Below, piece by piece: positions 47,301-56,646 of a DNA stretch of 64,000 nucleotides. The stretch comes from a virus (taxonomy: Duplodnaviria > Caudoviricetes), in the IMG/VR virus record IMGVR_UViG_3300048561_000027, positions 146-64,145 of that record. One strand, written 5' to 3'. A program made the translations under genes and the position numbers. Every line of letters begins with the position of its first letter. Position 1 is the first letter of the stretch. The notes beneath the pieces were generated by a model. That model was not told where the DNA came from, did not search any database, and saw only the letters and a list, made by a program, of their open reading frames with translations.

Positions 47301-47715
47301 GAAATCCTCCTTTAAAAGTAAGTTCATATGTTTCTTGTATTCCATGATCTAAAATAGGACATGGAATCCAATTATTATTTCCATCTAATAATGTGACAAC
47401 CTGTTTAGCCACATCTTTAATTTTTATAGCCCCATATTCCTTAGTTAATATTTCAGTCTCCCCGCTTAAACAATTATTCGCGGTAGTTTTTTTTGGACTG
47501 CCAATACTGGCTTGTATTCTGCCTCCAGGTAGAAACTTTTGTTGCAAAAGTAAATTTTTTATATGTTTTCTATGATCTTCATCATCCGCTAGAGCAGCGG
47601 AAATTCTACACATGGCGTCATAGAAACTTTCCCCAACCCCGCGATACTTGGTGGCATGAATTTCTTGACTAAGTTTTGTCTGAGGTCCAAAAGATTCTAG
47701 TACAGTTTCAGTCAT
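44308..47715 (-). CDS. nrdJ: Class II (B12-dependent) ribonucleotide reductase with two inteins
   Basis: FLPGGRI, N|CFV, GGGIGYDF|S, RRGAQM, TNPCGE, APTGTIS, SSGIEP; no small subunit nearby. Confidence 0.93.
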   Translation of the reverse strand: MTETVLESFGPQTKLSQEIHATKYRGVGESFYDAMCRISAALADDEDHRKHIKNLLLQQKFLPGGRIQASIGSPKKTTANNCLSGETEILTKEYGAIKIKDVAKQVVTLLDGNNNWIPCPILDHGIQETYELTFKGGFQTTTQRSTLNHDWVHNNTNTKIKTKALFKLKRVEINDLRPTKTIKNEDQYKKGIIHGIFYGDGTIANGVYAIRICSKHEDTEKWLKEYPHTNSPSNNGDPTYYISFTKAWTNLKELPITANISSDYLLGFFRGWFLADGCVSLQPCATLCCGAEEKNWIKQWGPLVGWHSMSQTMLADQTNFGVRKKKVGNLHFKLNTLTQEDFLSTKHKDRWKTRIEKPLRWRIYGPPKNKQMETVYCPIVPTTHSFALANGIHSGNCFVSGKIDDSMLSIMDMATKAALTMRMGGGIGYDFCVSPDTKILTSNLDWVKAEDLTIGQELVGFSENLNLQKNKFKPAFVESNKSLIAEIIDVLTDKNSTKVSADHLFVVLRKKDFPHKKKGKGYKWVKARDLKEGDKIAFISKPWDIDEWKTYDAGWFAGMMDGEGWCVSQTTKTGGSKTHSGLAQNVGKVNDKILELLTKYEIPNKSYRYTNPNAIFESHRFRGTWAAARLIGICKPIRFNPKKIWEGAKLSTRSNPSATVITTKSLGAGKVFAVKTSTKTLIADGFLGHNSNLRPKGANIVTLESPASGPISFMKIYDAVCATVKSAGSRRGAQMGILNCNHPDIEEFVRAKQNTDQLTNFNISIGVYDDFMKAVFENKTYDLIFNDQIYKTIDAKALWEEIMRSTWDWAEPGVLFLDKINEYNNLWYCEDIHATNPCGEVPLPPFGTCLLGSVNLVKYITPNKVFDWDTFIADIPAIVRALDNVIDRTIYPLKEYEREQKNKRRMGIGITGLANAGEALGYPYATDKFLEFTKRVMKTLRNECYLASIDLAKEKGSFPLFDKDKFVESKFIKRLPKQIQEAIYEHGIRNSHLLSVAPTGTISLSADNVSSGIEPVFAHEYSRTIITEDGPVVEPVKDYGVNVFGVKGRTTDDISALEHLNVLTTVQYYVDQACSKTINVGDNVSWEDFKEIYKKAWQNGAKGVTTFRASGKRMGILNKTEKQPVTACLNGACEI
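45646..46422 (-). mobile_element. Intein 2 in nrdJ (259 aa)
   Basis: Begins CVSPDT, ends GHN, +1 Ser; WFAGMMDGEG motif. Confidence 0.93.
46528..47472 (-). mobile_element. Intein 1 in nrdJ (315 aa, LAGLIDADG endonuclease)
   Basis: Begins CLSGET, ends HSGN, +1 Cys (CFV); GIFYGDG and GWFLADG motifs. Confidence 0.93.
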
Positions 47716-47829
47716 TGGCTTTATTAAGTTTAGTTAGTAAAAAGACTTGTCTTGGCGTGTAAAAATTAATGTTATATGATATACAAAATTAACTTGTTTT
47801 CCAAGTTAAACTTTGATGAGGGCTTAATT

Positions 47830-48324
47830 ATGACAACGATTGTTTATAAAAATGGTGTTTTGGCTTCGGATTCAAAAATTTCCGATCCTGATTCCATGAG
47901 TTCAAATTACATGAAAAAAATTTTTAAACTTTCCGTTGCCATTCCAAACCCAGAATATGATGGTGCAAGTCTTTTAAAGACTAAAGAGTATTTAATTGGT
48001 ATTGTAGGGGATATGTATGCGGGACTGCTTTTTATTAAATGGTTTCAAACAGGCGATGATTCCACTAAAGATTTCTTGCGTAATTTAGGGGAGGATTATT
48101 TTTTCGAAGCTATCGTAGTAACTAAAGATCAAAATTTGTGTATATATAATAATTTTTTAGAGCCTCTGGAGTTGGGCAAATTAAATTTTTATGCGTTGGG
48201 ATCGGGGTCTAAAATTGCAATGGCCATGTTGGATTATGGAGCCAGTATTGAAGACACCCTTACTTATGCTAAAAAGTATGATATGAATACTGGGGGTGAC
48301 ACTCACATATTAAGTTTTACTTAG
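47830..48324 (+). CDS. HslV/proteasome-beta-like Ntn peptidase
   Basis: M-TTIV start exposing Thr1, LASDSK, ALGSG, D..TGG. Confidence 0.75.
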   Translation: MTTIVYKNGVLASDSKISDPDSMSSNYMKKIFKLSVAIPNPEYDGASLLKTKEYLIGIVGDMYAGLLFIKWFQTGDDSTKDFLRNLGEDYFFEAIVVTKDQNLCIYNNFLEPLELGKLNFYALGSGSKIAMAMLDYGASIEDTLTYAKKYDMNTGGDTHILSFT

Positions 48325-48328
48325 GGTC

Positions 48329-48394
48329 TTGTATTATATTGAATTTTCAGATAGAATTATATTTAATTTGATCAAATCAATCAGTTGATTAACT
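48329..48394 (+). promoter_or_regulatory. Sigma70-like promoter of head genes followed by two palindromes
   Basis: TTGTAT-N17-TAGAAT; ATTTGATCAAAT at 48366; AGTTGATTAACT at 48383. Confidence 0.55.
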
Positions 48395-48402
48395 GAAGGA
48401 AG

Positions 48403-49923
48403 GTGAAACAAACGATGACAGCGGCAACTTTTGTATCTGATAAACAGTTTAAATCAGTAGTAAAAGAAAACCCCAATACTCCAATTGTAGGGGTTCACAA
48501 AGGTTTTCCGTGTCAAGTTAAAATAGTCGATGAAAAACGTCGATTGATTGATTTTACGATCAGCACTGAAAGTGTGGATCGGATGTGGGATAAGATTTAT
48601 ATTAAAGGATGGGAGTTAGAAAATTATCTACAAAATCCCGTAGTGCTGTTTGGCCACGATCATTATTCCCCACCTATAGCAAAAACGGTATCTCTTACCA
48701 AACATCCTACTAAAAAAACGCTAGAGGCTCGGGCTGAGTTTGCTACCAGGGATGTATATCCGTTTGCGGACATGATATTTAATTTGTATCTACAGGGATT
48801 CATGAAAGCAACTTCAGTTGGTTTTAGACCATTAGAGTATAAATTTTGTGATGACGACGATGAGCGTAAATCCCATTATGGAATAGATTTTATCAGACAA
48901 GAATTATTAGAGTATTCAGCCGTTTCTGTACCAGCTAATCCGGAAGCATTAATTGATGCCAAATCAAAGGGTATTGATTTGTCACCATTAAAGAGTTGGG
49001 CATCTGAAACTTTAGATACGTATGATGAACACAGTAAAAACGGACTTATCATTCCTAAGAAAACTTTGGAACAGATGTATAAACATTCCGGAACTTTTGG
49101 AAAGCGTTTATCATTGAATACACAACGAATTAAAGATTTGGCAAAGGAAAATTTGGCTAAGATTAAAGAACAAGAGGCATTGCTTGAGGGCTCAATTAAT
49201 ATGACATCCATTAAAGAAGACGATGTTTTGGATTTAGAAAACAAAGACAGTCTTGTTATTGAATCTCCAGAGATTGTTGAGTCCGGTGTAATCGAGGACC
49301 AAACAGAAAATTTGGAAAGTAAAAAACTAGACGATGTTTCTGAGGGTTTGCCTAATGTTGTGGACGAGCCCAATGACGTTGTTTCAAATGAAGAGTCGTT
49401 AGAACCTTCTAAAAAAGACAGTAAGGAGTTGCCAGTTGAGATGGAGCCTAAAATTGATGATGTGGAGGAACTTACATTAGAGGAAGTTTTAATTTATTTA
49501 AAAACAGACTCGTCAATTGAAAACATGTTGGATTTCTTAGTTGAGGTAAATAAAAATCCCGATGTTGTGGTGGACGCAAAATATGTACGGGCAGTAAATT
49601 ATTTACGCAATTTAACTTTAGAGTTGGTTAAAGAAACGGATCGTGTATTAAACACGTTTGACAATGCAGAGAAACAACTTGTTGCACCTGAAGTTATAAA
49701 ACAAGTTGACAAAAATACAACACTGTGTCAAGATGATCAAGAATTTGATTTGGACAATTTTGTAACTGAATTAGAAAAGGAAGAAGTGAATGATTATTCT
49801 AATTTAGATGATTTTGATTTAGACGAAGATTTTATTAAAGAAGTCTTACAGGATGTTATAAAAAGTGTGGTTGATGTAGAAATAAAACGGGCAATTAAAG
49901 AATTGTCTGGAAAACTTGATTAA
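48403..49923 (+). CDS. HK97-type prohead protease with long acidic C-terminal (scaffold-like) region
   Basis: STESVDR, NPVVLFGHD, ATSVGFRP, LLEYSAVSVPANPEAL. Confidence 0.93.
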   Translation: MKQTMTAATFVSDKQFKSVVKENPNTPIVGVHKGFPCQVKIVDEKRRLIDFTISTESVDRMWDKIYIKGWELENYLQNPVVLFGHDHYSPPIAKTVSLTKHPTKKTLEARAEFATRDVYPFADMIFNLYLQGFMKATSVGFRPLEYKFCDDDDERKSHYGIDFIRQELLEYSAVSVPANPEALIDAKSKGIDLSPLKSWASETLDTYDEHSKNGLIIPKKTLEQMYKHSGTFGKRLSLNTQRIKDLAKENLAKIKEQEALLEGSINMTSIKEDDVLDLENKDSLVIESPEIVESGVIEDQTENLESKKLDDVSEGLPNVVDEPNDVVSNEESLEPSKKDSKELPVEMEPKIDDVEELTLEEVLIYLKTDSSIENMLDFLVEVNKNPDVVVDAKYVRAVNYLRNLTLELVKETDRVLNTFDNAEKQLVAPEVIKQVDKNTTLCQDDQEFDLDNFVTELEKEEVNDYSNLDDFDLDEDFIKEVLQDVIKSVVDVEIKRAIKELSGKLD

Positions 49924-49972
49924 ATTTCTGTTCCTTGAAAGGCTCAGAGAAGGAGTAAGAGGTATATGAATA

Positions 49973-51202
49973 ATGACCGAAGCAAAAACCAAGAAGGAGG
50001 TTTTAGTTGATCTGATTAATGATGCAGTTTCTAAGGCCGTGCCTGAAATTGTTTCCGCTTCAATTAAATCCGCTATTGAGCCAATGCAGGCACAGCAAAC
50101 TGCTTGGATGGATAAATTAAACCGTGGTCGTAGTGAATCTCCGGAATCCGACGTTACCAAGAAGGGTCTTGGCGCGGCTCGTATTGTTCGCGCTTTAGCT
50201 GCGGGTAAAGGGGATCCTAGTCGTGCCAATCGTTGGGCTGTTAAAGCCTTAGACTCAGTTTGGCGTGATGATCTTGGTGATGCCGTAGTTAAGGCGTTAG
50301 CCGCTGGGGATCTCGATGCGGGCGGGTTCATGATTAAGCCTGAGTTTGCGACTGGTATCATTGAATTCCTGTATAATAAGACTGTTGTTCGCCGGGCCGG
50401 TCCTCAGATCCTGCCGATGAATGCGGGTACTCTTACTCTGCCAAAGCAGACAGGTAGTGCGACTGCATATTATGTTGGCGAGAATCAGACCATTACCAAG
50501 TCTCAGCCAGCGGGTGGGCAGATCGTCATGACCAGCAAGAAGCTGGCGGCTCTTGTTCCGATTAGCAATGACTTGCTCAGGTTTGATGCGGGCGAGCAGG
50601 CGGACAGGTTTGTGCGCAACGACCTCGTGCGTCGAATTGCGGTTCGGGAAGACCTGGCTTTCTTACGTGGTGATGGCACTCAGAATACGCCACGTGGTTT
50701 GCGGTATTGGGCGGCTGCGGGCAATATTACTGCATCTGCTGGGACATCTTCGGCTAATATTGAAACCGACGTTAAGGTTGCCATTAATAGTTTGGAGAGT
50801 AACAACGTAGACATTCTTGACGCCGTGTGGTTTATGGCTCCGCGCAGCAAGAATCATTTGATCAATTTACGCGATACTAACGGTAACTTGATTTACCCCT
50901 CAATGCGGTCGTCTAATCCTACTCTGTTTGATCGTCCCGTGTATACCACGAATAGTATTCCTACCAATCTTGGCGGAACAGGTTCGGAGTTGTATCTGGT
51001 TAACATGTTGGATGTAATAATCGGGGAAAGCGGGGGCTTGCAGATCGAGGTTGATTCTGGCGCGTCTTATACCGACGGTAATTCGCTGGTTTCGGCTTTC
51101 GAGAAGGATCAGACTGTGGTGCGAGCCATTGAGTTACACGACTTAGCCGTAACTCATGAACAGTCTGTGGCGGTGATCAACAACATTACGTGGGGTGCTT
51201 AA
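49973..51202 (+). CDS. Major capsid protein (HK97 fold)
   Basis: GGFMIKPE, YVGE, KKLAALVPISNDLL, EDLAFLRGDG..P.GL, L.DTNGN.I. Confidence 0.95.
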   Translation: MTEAKTKKEVLVDLINDAVSKAVPEIVSASIKSAIEPMQAQQTAWMDKLNRGRSESPESDVTKKGLGAARIVRALAAGKGDPSRANRWAVKALDSVWRDDLGDAVVKALAAGDLDAGGFMIKPEFATGIIEFLYNKTVVRRAGPQILPMNAGTLTLPKQTGSATAYYVGENQTITKSQPAGGQIVMTSKKLAALVPISNDLLRFDAGEQADRFVRNDLVRRIAVREDLAFLRGDGTQNTPRGLRYWAAAGNITASAGTSSANIETDVKVAINSLESNNVDILDAVWFMAPRSKNHLINLRDTNGNLIYPSMRSSNPTLFDRPVYTTNSIPTNLGGTGSELYLVNMLDVIIGESGGLQIEVDSGASYTDGNSLVSAFEKDQTVVRAIELHDLAVTHEQSVAVINNITWGA

Positions 51203-51285
51203 TAGCATAATTTAGAGACTTGTGAAGACTTGCGGGGCCTAAAAAGCCCCGCCTGCCTCAAGAAAGATAAAGAGGAAAATAGAAA

Positions 51286-51789
51286 ATGACAGCAATGCAA
51301 AAAGATATTGGGTCTCGAATTCTGACAGTTGGTTGTATTAACCCCATTGTATTAAATTCGAGTGTTGGGTCTGAGGATAACACGGAACAGAACGGGTTTG
51401 CCGTTGATCGGGAATTACTTAATCCGGGTCAGCCGTTAGCCTTGTCTGGTCAGGCGGCTTTGGTTTACAGCTATTCGTTAGCTGCGGCTAAAACTGTTGC
51501 TTTAACGTGGAATTTACAACATAGTTCTGCGGCTTCGGTGTGGGCTGATTTTAATGACATCAATGGTTCTACTGGACAGTCCAAAACTATTGGCACCACA
51601 TCGTCTACAGCGTCTCAAACAGGCAATGGAACCAGCCGTGCCAACTTTGATTTTAGTGGGGCCAAGCGGTATTTGCGGATGCAGTATAAGATGAATTTCT
51701 CCGCTACTGCTACGGACGATGCTGATGTTGGTGGAGTCATCGTGTTCGGCGGTTACGATACTGTACCAGCTTCCACGGCTGGGGTGTAA
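51286..51789 (+). CDS. Probable capsid-associated/decoration protein
   Basis: Immediately after MCP; GAKRYLR motif; GAGG RBS. Confidence 0.55.
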   Translation: MTAMQKDIGSRILTVGCINPIVLNSSVGSEDNTEQNGFAVDRELLNPGQPLALSGQAALVYSYSLAAAKTVALTWNLQHSSAASVWADFNDINGSTGQSKTIGTTSSTASQTGNGTSRANFDFSGAKRYLRMQYKMNFSATATDDADVGGVIVFGGYDTVPASTAGV

Positions 51790-51823
51790 AGATAGTTAAG
51801 TAGGATAGTGTGTTGTAGAGCCT

Positions 51824-51861
51824 ACCCTACATAGTGATTTATTTCGCTATGTAGGGTTTTT
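51824..51861 (+). terminator. Rho-independent terminator
   Basis: ACCCTACATAGTGA-TTTATT-TCGCTATGTAGGGT-TTTT. Confidence 0.88.
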
Positions 51862-51945
51862 GTTTTGTGTTAGAATAAAAATCAAATAGTTTATAGAGGT
51901 TTTTATGTCACAGCTTTTTTTAATCTCTGAATCCATAGTCTAGGC

Positions 51946-53112
51946 GTGTTAAACGTGGATAAGCTGTCGGGGATTCTAGGCGGGGCGGTGGTGCTTTCCG
52001 GGGGGAAGTCAGGGGGTCTGCCCAACGTCAATGCGGGTCGCTGGGATGACGAGTGCTGGCTGAATCTGAACTATACGGACATGCTCAACCCGGATTTGAA
52101 GGCCGGGGACAAGTTGATCCTGGAGAAGGGTTCGGAGCGGTGGGAGTCTTGGCCGTTGAATTCTGAAGTGTTGGAGTCCGCGATTACCTTTGCCTCGAAA
52201 CCCGCAAAGACTCAGATAAGGCTGCGCATGGCGCACAGTTCCGGGCTGAGTCTTTACCCGCAACCGTTGATTCTCCCGGAAGGGCACTCGGCTCCGGAGA
52301 ATGTGCTGGGTAGTCTCGCCGTGTATCACAATAAGGCACATCATCGTATCGGCGGGCATAACTACGGTGTTGGGAAGCACAGTCAAATCTACCGCTGGGA
52401 GTGTATCGACGCCAAAGGATTAAAAGCGTGGTGTGATCCGTGGGTGGTCGACGGCGAGGATATTGTGACCGGGCTGCCGGTGGATTTCATGAAAAAAGCC
52501 ACCTATCCGGTCATTGCGATGGGGGCTAAATCCGGGGTGGGGAGCACTTTCGGCTACACTACCGGCGGGGCGTCCAGGATTGCTTTGACTGAATCCGTAC
52601 AAGCACACGGTAGTTTGTTTGATACTCTTGTGGCGGCCTCCGGGAATACCGTGACAACCCTGCATTTGTATACAAACTGGGCGTTTTTTACCGGCACCTG
52701 CGGGGTGGCCCTATACTCAGGGGCCACACAAGGCGCTACGATGAATAGCGCCTCACTGGCCTTTGGTCCGGCCACGATTACCCCGACGGTGGAATATCCG
52801 GCGCTGGCCTGGGATACGGCTAGTGTCAATTATGCCTTATCCGCCAGCACGGAATACGCCCTCGCGGTGGGGGATACCTCGACGATATCCTATGGCGAAT
52901 TGAGTCTAATGTATGACGTCGGTGGTGCGTATGACGGCTCCCGGCAGACCTCGCAAACCCTTGGGGCAACGTGGAGTGAAAACGATCTGACTATTCAAAA
53001 GTATTCCATGTACGCCACGGTGACGGCCGGGGGTGGGGGTGGAAATGTTTTGCCCTTGCCCTTACTGAATGTTTTTAGACGTTTACAACATAATACTTTA
53101 GTTCGAATGTAA
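51946..53112 (+). CDS. Hypothetical virion-associated protein (GC-rich; start uncertain)
   Basis: 388-aa ORF in the structural operon; poly-Gly linker near C-terminus. Confidence 0.7.
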   Translation: MLNVDKLSGILGGAVVLSGGKSGGLPNVNAGRWDDECWLNLNYTDMLNPDLKAGDKLILEKGSERWESWPLNSEVLESAITFASKPAKTQIRLRMAHSSGLSLYPQPLILPEGHSAPENVLGSLAVYHNKAHHRIGGHNYGVGKHSQIYRWECIDAKGLKAWCDPWVVDGEDIVTGLPVDFMKKATYPVIAMGAKSGVGSTFGYTTGGASRIALTESVQAHGSLFDTLVAASGNTVTTLHLYTNWAFFTGTCGVALYSGATQGATMNSASLAFGPATITPTVEYPALAWDTASVNYALSASTEYALAVGDTSTISYGELSLMYDVGGAYDGSRQTSQTLGATWSENDLTIQKYSMYATVTAGGGGGNVLPLPLLNVFRRLQHNTLVRM

Positions 53113-53178
53113 ATTGTTTATATTGTAAACAATTTGTGGTAAAATAAATTCACTTAGAATCCATTAGGTATATGATTA

Positions 53179-53640
53179 ATGAGTAGAGGAGTTTATTCAG
53201 TTCATGCAAGCATTGCTGCGGTTACTACAGCTAAGACTTTATTGCAAATTAAGGCTGGAGCTAGCACCCCATTGGAAATTTTACGAGCTTGGTGTACCAA
53301 TGGAGATGTAACTGCGGATGATCAAATGGAAATACAGTTGATTAGAAAGTCCGCAGCAGCGACCGTCACAAGTTTTACCCCAATACTTTTTGATCCAAGC
53401 GATCAAGCCGCTAAAGCTGTTGGCGGGACATCCGCTACTGGGTATAATGCTAGTGCGGAGGGAACTGATGGAGATATAGTTTGGCGTGAAGCCGCTAGTG
53501 TTTTGGCCGGTTGGATTTATTTACCCACACCCGATGAACGTGCTATGGTAGCCCCTGGGGGAATTATTGCTATGAAATCTAATATTACCGTAGCAAGTAT
53601 GACAATGATTTGTGGAATAATTTTCCGAGAATTGGCTTAA
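53179..53640 (+). CDS. Hypothetical structural protein
   Basis: Ala/Thr-rich ORF in the structural operon. Confidence 0.7.
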   Translation: MSRGVYSVHASIAAVTTAKTLLQIKAGASTPLEILRAWCTNGDVTADDQMEIQLIRKSAAATVTSFTPILFDPSDQAAKAVGGTSATGYNASAEGTDGDIVWREAASVLAGWIYLPTPDERAMVAPGGIIAMKSNITVASMTMICGIIFRELA

Positions 53641-53641
53641 T

Positions 53642-54673
53642 GTGGTAGGCGTTTACAGAAAAAGACACGTTTATAGGATAAAAAAACGTCCTGTTTCATT
53701 ATTATTTCCAGGATTAACCTTTGTTAGTGTTGCCGATACCAGCAGTGGAGCCGACACACCTTCGTTATTAACTAATAGTTTTACTTTAGCCGATTCCAGC
53801 ACAGCCGTTGATTTAATTGCGGCGATTATTAATTCTTTTTCTGTAGGCGATTCTGGCAGTGGAGGGGACGTTTTATCGGCCTTAACAAATTCGTTTGTTT
53901 TAGCTGAAGCTGGTCAGGGCTCAGATAATTTATCTTCACTACTCAATTCTTTTATATTAGCGGATTCTGGAAGTGGTGTTGATTCTCCAATCAATTTCGT
54001 AATCACGTGCAATTTATCAGACTCAGGTAATGGCTCAGAAAGTCCGACATTATCAGCTAGTTTTGGAGTTCAAGATTCGTCGGCTACAGCGGAGAGTCCG
54101 GGCATTACCAATATTTTCACGTTAACAGATATCGGCAGTATTGCGGAATTAATTGATGTCATAACATCTACGTTAATTCAAATCGTCGATTCCGGCACAA
54201 CGGCTGAAACTGTAGGTTTAACCGTGCAGTTTACCCTCACTGATTTAAGTAGTGTGGTAGAGATTCTTAGTGGGGCAGTTACCGTTACCACTACTGATTT
54301 AGGAGTTGCCACCGAAGCTACGGGAATCCAGACTTCCCTACAAGTAGGCGATGCCGGATTTGAAGCGTGTAGCCCTACCGTGGCTGGTTTGATTCAAGTC
54401 TTAGAGACTAATGCCGGGATTGTTGAAACCTTCGCTTTAGCGGCATCGGTTTCTGTTGTAGACCAAAGATCAACTCAAGAAGACGTGACTTTATTAAGTG
54501 TTTTACTTAATGTTATTGACTCCGTTGGTGGTTCTGATATCATATACAAGTATGATGCCAGCGTTGATTTGGAATCAATTACGTTTGTGTTTAGTAAGCG
54601 CAAAATAACGTTTGACGTGTCGCGACGGAATTTAGATTTTACCGTGAAGAAACGAACACTAGAATTTGAATAA
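53642..54673 (+). CDS. Ser/Thr-rich repetitive virion protein (about 18-19-aa LxDSGSGxD/E repeats)
   Basis: e.g. FTLADSSTAVD, FSVGDSGSGGD, FILADSGSGVD, NLSDSGNGSE. Confidence 0.75.
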   Translation: MVGVYRKRHVYRIKKRPVSLLFPGLTFVSVADTSSGADTPSLLTNSFTLADSSTAVDLIAAIINSFSVGDSGSGGDVLSALTNSFVLAEAGQGSDNLSSLLNSFILADSGSGVDSPINFVITCNLSDSGNGSESPTLSASFGVQDSSATAESPGITNIFTLTDIGSIAELIDVITSTLIQIVDSGTTAETVGLTVQFTLTDLSSVVEILSGAVTVTTTDLGVATEATGIQTSLQVGDAGFEACSPTVAGLIQVLETNAGIVETFALAASVSVVDQRSTQEDVTLLSVLLNVIDSVGGSDIIYKYDASVDLESITFVFSKRKITFDVSRRNLDFTVKKRTLEFE

Positions 54674-54688
54674 AGAGGGTTAAAAATT

Positions 54689-55964
54689 ATGCGTGACGCA
54701 GTGAGTGGTAATGAAAGCATGAGAGCGTGTGTGACCGCCAACGATCAGGACGTGATTCGGTATAAGCCGGTTTGGACGATCTATAGGCATAACATTCACG
54801 ACGGCGTTGTGGCCAGCACTCCTTATGATGTAAGTAGCTTCGAAGGTAATTTGCTTCTGAATGAAGGCATTACTACTTTGATGAATTTGCTTACTGGGTC
54901 AACGTCTACCATTGAGACCCCATTTAATAATGCCAATGCTAGACTAGCTGTTGGTAACAGTTCGGCTGCGGCCTCTGCTGCTCAGACTGATTTGCAGGGA
55001 ACTAATAAATATAAGGCAATGTCCGCCACGTATCCACAAATCTCCGGGCAAACCGTGACGTTTAGAGCGGTATTTGGCAGCACTGAGGCTAACTTTGATT
55101 GGCGCGAATTCAGCGTTGCCAATGGGGCCAGTGGATCAGCGAAGAATCTTAATCGTAAGGTAAGCAACCAGGGGACGAAAGTTTTATCACAGTCTTGGAC
55201 CTGTGACTTGGCAATAACTTTCAGCTAGAAATTATTGTTTTAATTAGATTTCTTATGTGTAAAGTTGTTTCAAAAGAAACCTTCGGATAGTTTTGGATGG
55301 GCTTTTACTTATACGATGGCCATTAACTTAATCAACGAACGTAGTACATTTTACTTAACGGTTTCATTTAAAGATCAAAATGGAACTGCTGAAAATCCCG
55401 CTGCTGCGCGTTATCGAATTGACAATCCCAAGACTGGACAGCAAATACGGGGTTGGACGGCACTGTCCCCCATAGCCGGAGTAGTTACCATTACGGTTAA
55501 TGCAGTAGATAACACGCTTACTCAAACCAAAGTTTTACAAGAAAAACGGATTTTGACTGTGGATTCAGATTACGGCAGTACCCCATATGTTGATGGGGTT
55601 AAGGATACCTATAGTTGGGAAATAAAGTCTTTACAATACCTATCAAGTACGGAATAATAACGACATGACTAAAACTTTACATCTAAAAAAACCCGCGAAG
55701 ATCCAAGTTGAATTTTTGATTTCCAGCCCGCCTTATAGTTGTGGTGAGCAAGCTCTCCTAGACATTGTTGTAGCGAGGAATCTAATCCAATCCGGACATG
55801 CTAAAGCAGTTAATGAAAAAGACGGCGAAGCCGTGGCTAGTAATTTCATACCAAGACGGAACGTGGATTGGGTGCAGGTGCAGCGTATAACTAAAGAATT
55901 GTGTGGACAAGAACCGCGTACCCCAAAGGACGCCATTAAATTTTTGAATTTAGCCTCCGAATAA
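54689..55964 (+). CDS. Three hypothetical structural proteins (54689-55228, 55265-55657, 55665-55964)
   Basis: Consecutive ORFs in the structural operon. Confidence 0.7.
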
Positions 55965-55968
55965 TTAC

Positions 55969-56646
55969 ATGACGTTTGTAATTAACAATTCCACGGCAAA
56001 TCCTTATGTAGAGGATAACCGCTTAACCACGGTAGATGCTGTCGTTCAAGAACTCAATATTAGCAGTACGGGAAGTTCAGATTTTATCAATAATCTAATT
56101 AAACGCGCAAGTTTTGCGATTGAAAAGTATGTTGATCGTAAATTCCAATTAGTTGATTGTACGGAAACCCTGCAATCCGTTGGTAAACACACATTGCTGG
56201 TTACTAGACGCCCCTTGCGTTCCGTTTCCCAAATTTTATTTAATGGGTCAACTATAGCTTCTACGTCTTATGAGATCGACAATAAAGAAGCCGGTATTTT
56301 ATTTAGACCCGGAGGGTGGACTTCAACTCTGTATAAGCGGCACAACATTGAGCCCGTAACTAGCCATGTTGGTGAACGTGATTGGAGTGTGCGTTATATC
56401 GCCGGGTATGTGCTGCCAAATTCTACCGGGTATGATTCCAGCACGGCACAATTGCCCGACGATCTGGAAGCCGCGTGCATCACTACGGTCAAATCGTGGT
56501 ATCTGGATCGTAGTCATAATCCACGAATTAAAACTGAAGAGATTGGAGACGCTTCCGAAACAAGTTTTGATCTTGACGCGCAAGACTCTTTACCTCCGAT
56601 TGCAATTAGTTTATTATCACCTTGGCGTTCATTTGATCCTTTGTAA
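55969..56646 (+). CDS. Head-tail connector (gp6-like adaptor)
   Basis: IKRASFAIEKYVDR, Y.AGYV, LPDDLEAAC, LL.PWR. Confidence 0.85.
   Translation: MTFVINNSTANPYVEDNRLTTVDAVVQELNISSTGSSDFINNLIKRASFAIEKYVDRKFQLVDCTETLQSVGKHTLLVTRRPLRSVSQILFNGSTIASTSYEIDNKEAGILFRPGGWTSTLYKRHNIEPVTSHVGERDWSVRYIAGYVLPNSTGYDSSTAQLPDDLEAACITTVKSWYLDRSHNPRIKTEEIGDASETSFDLDAQDSLPPIAISLLSPWRSFDPL

Noticed and set aside
48876-50361. Minus-strand ORFs 48876-49373 and 49846-50361 (and similar shadows such as 904-1122, 44906-45220)
   Set aside because: Antisense shadows of well-supported genes; no motifs or RBS
51232-51252. Terminator after the major capsid gene
   Set aside because: GC hairpin GCGGGGC/GCCCCGC lacks a U tract; more likely a stability or attenuation element
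51905-51943. Frameshift from the RBS-ATG at 51905 (T7 run) into ORF 51946
   Set aside because: Both shifted frames hit stops (TGA 51928, TAA 51921) before reaching the ORF
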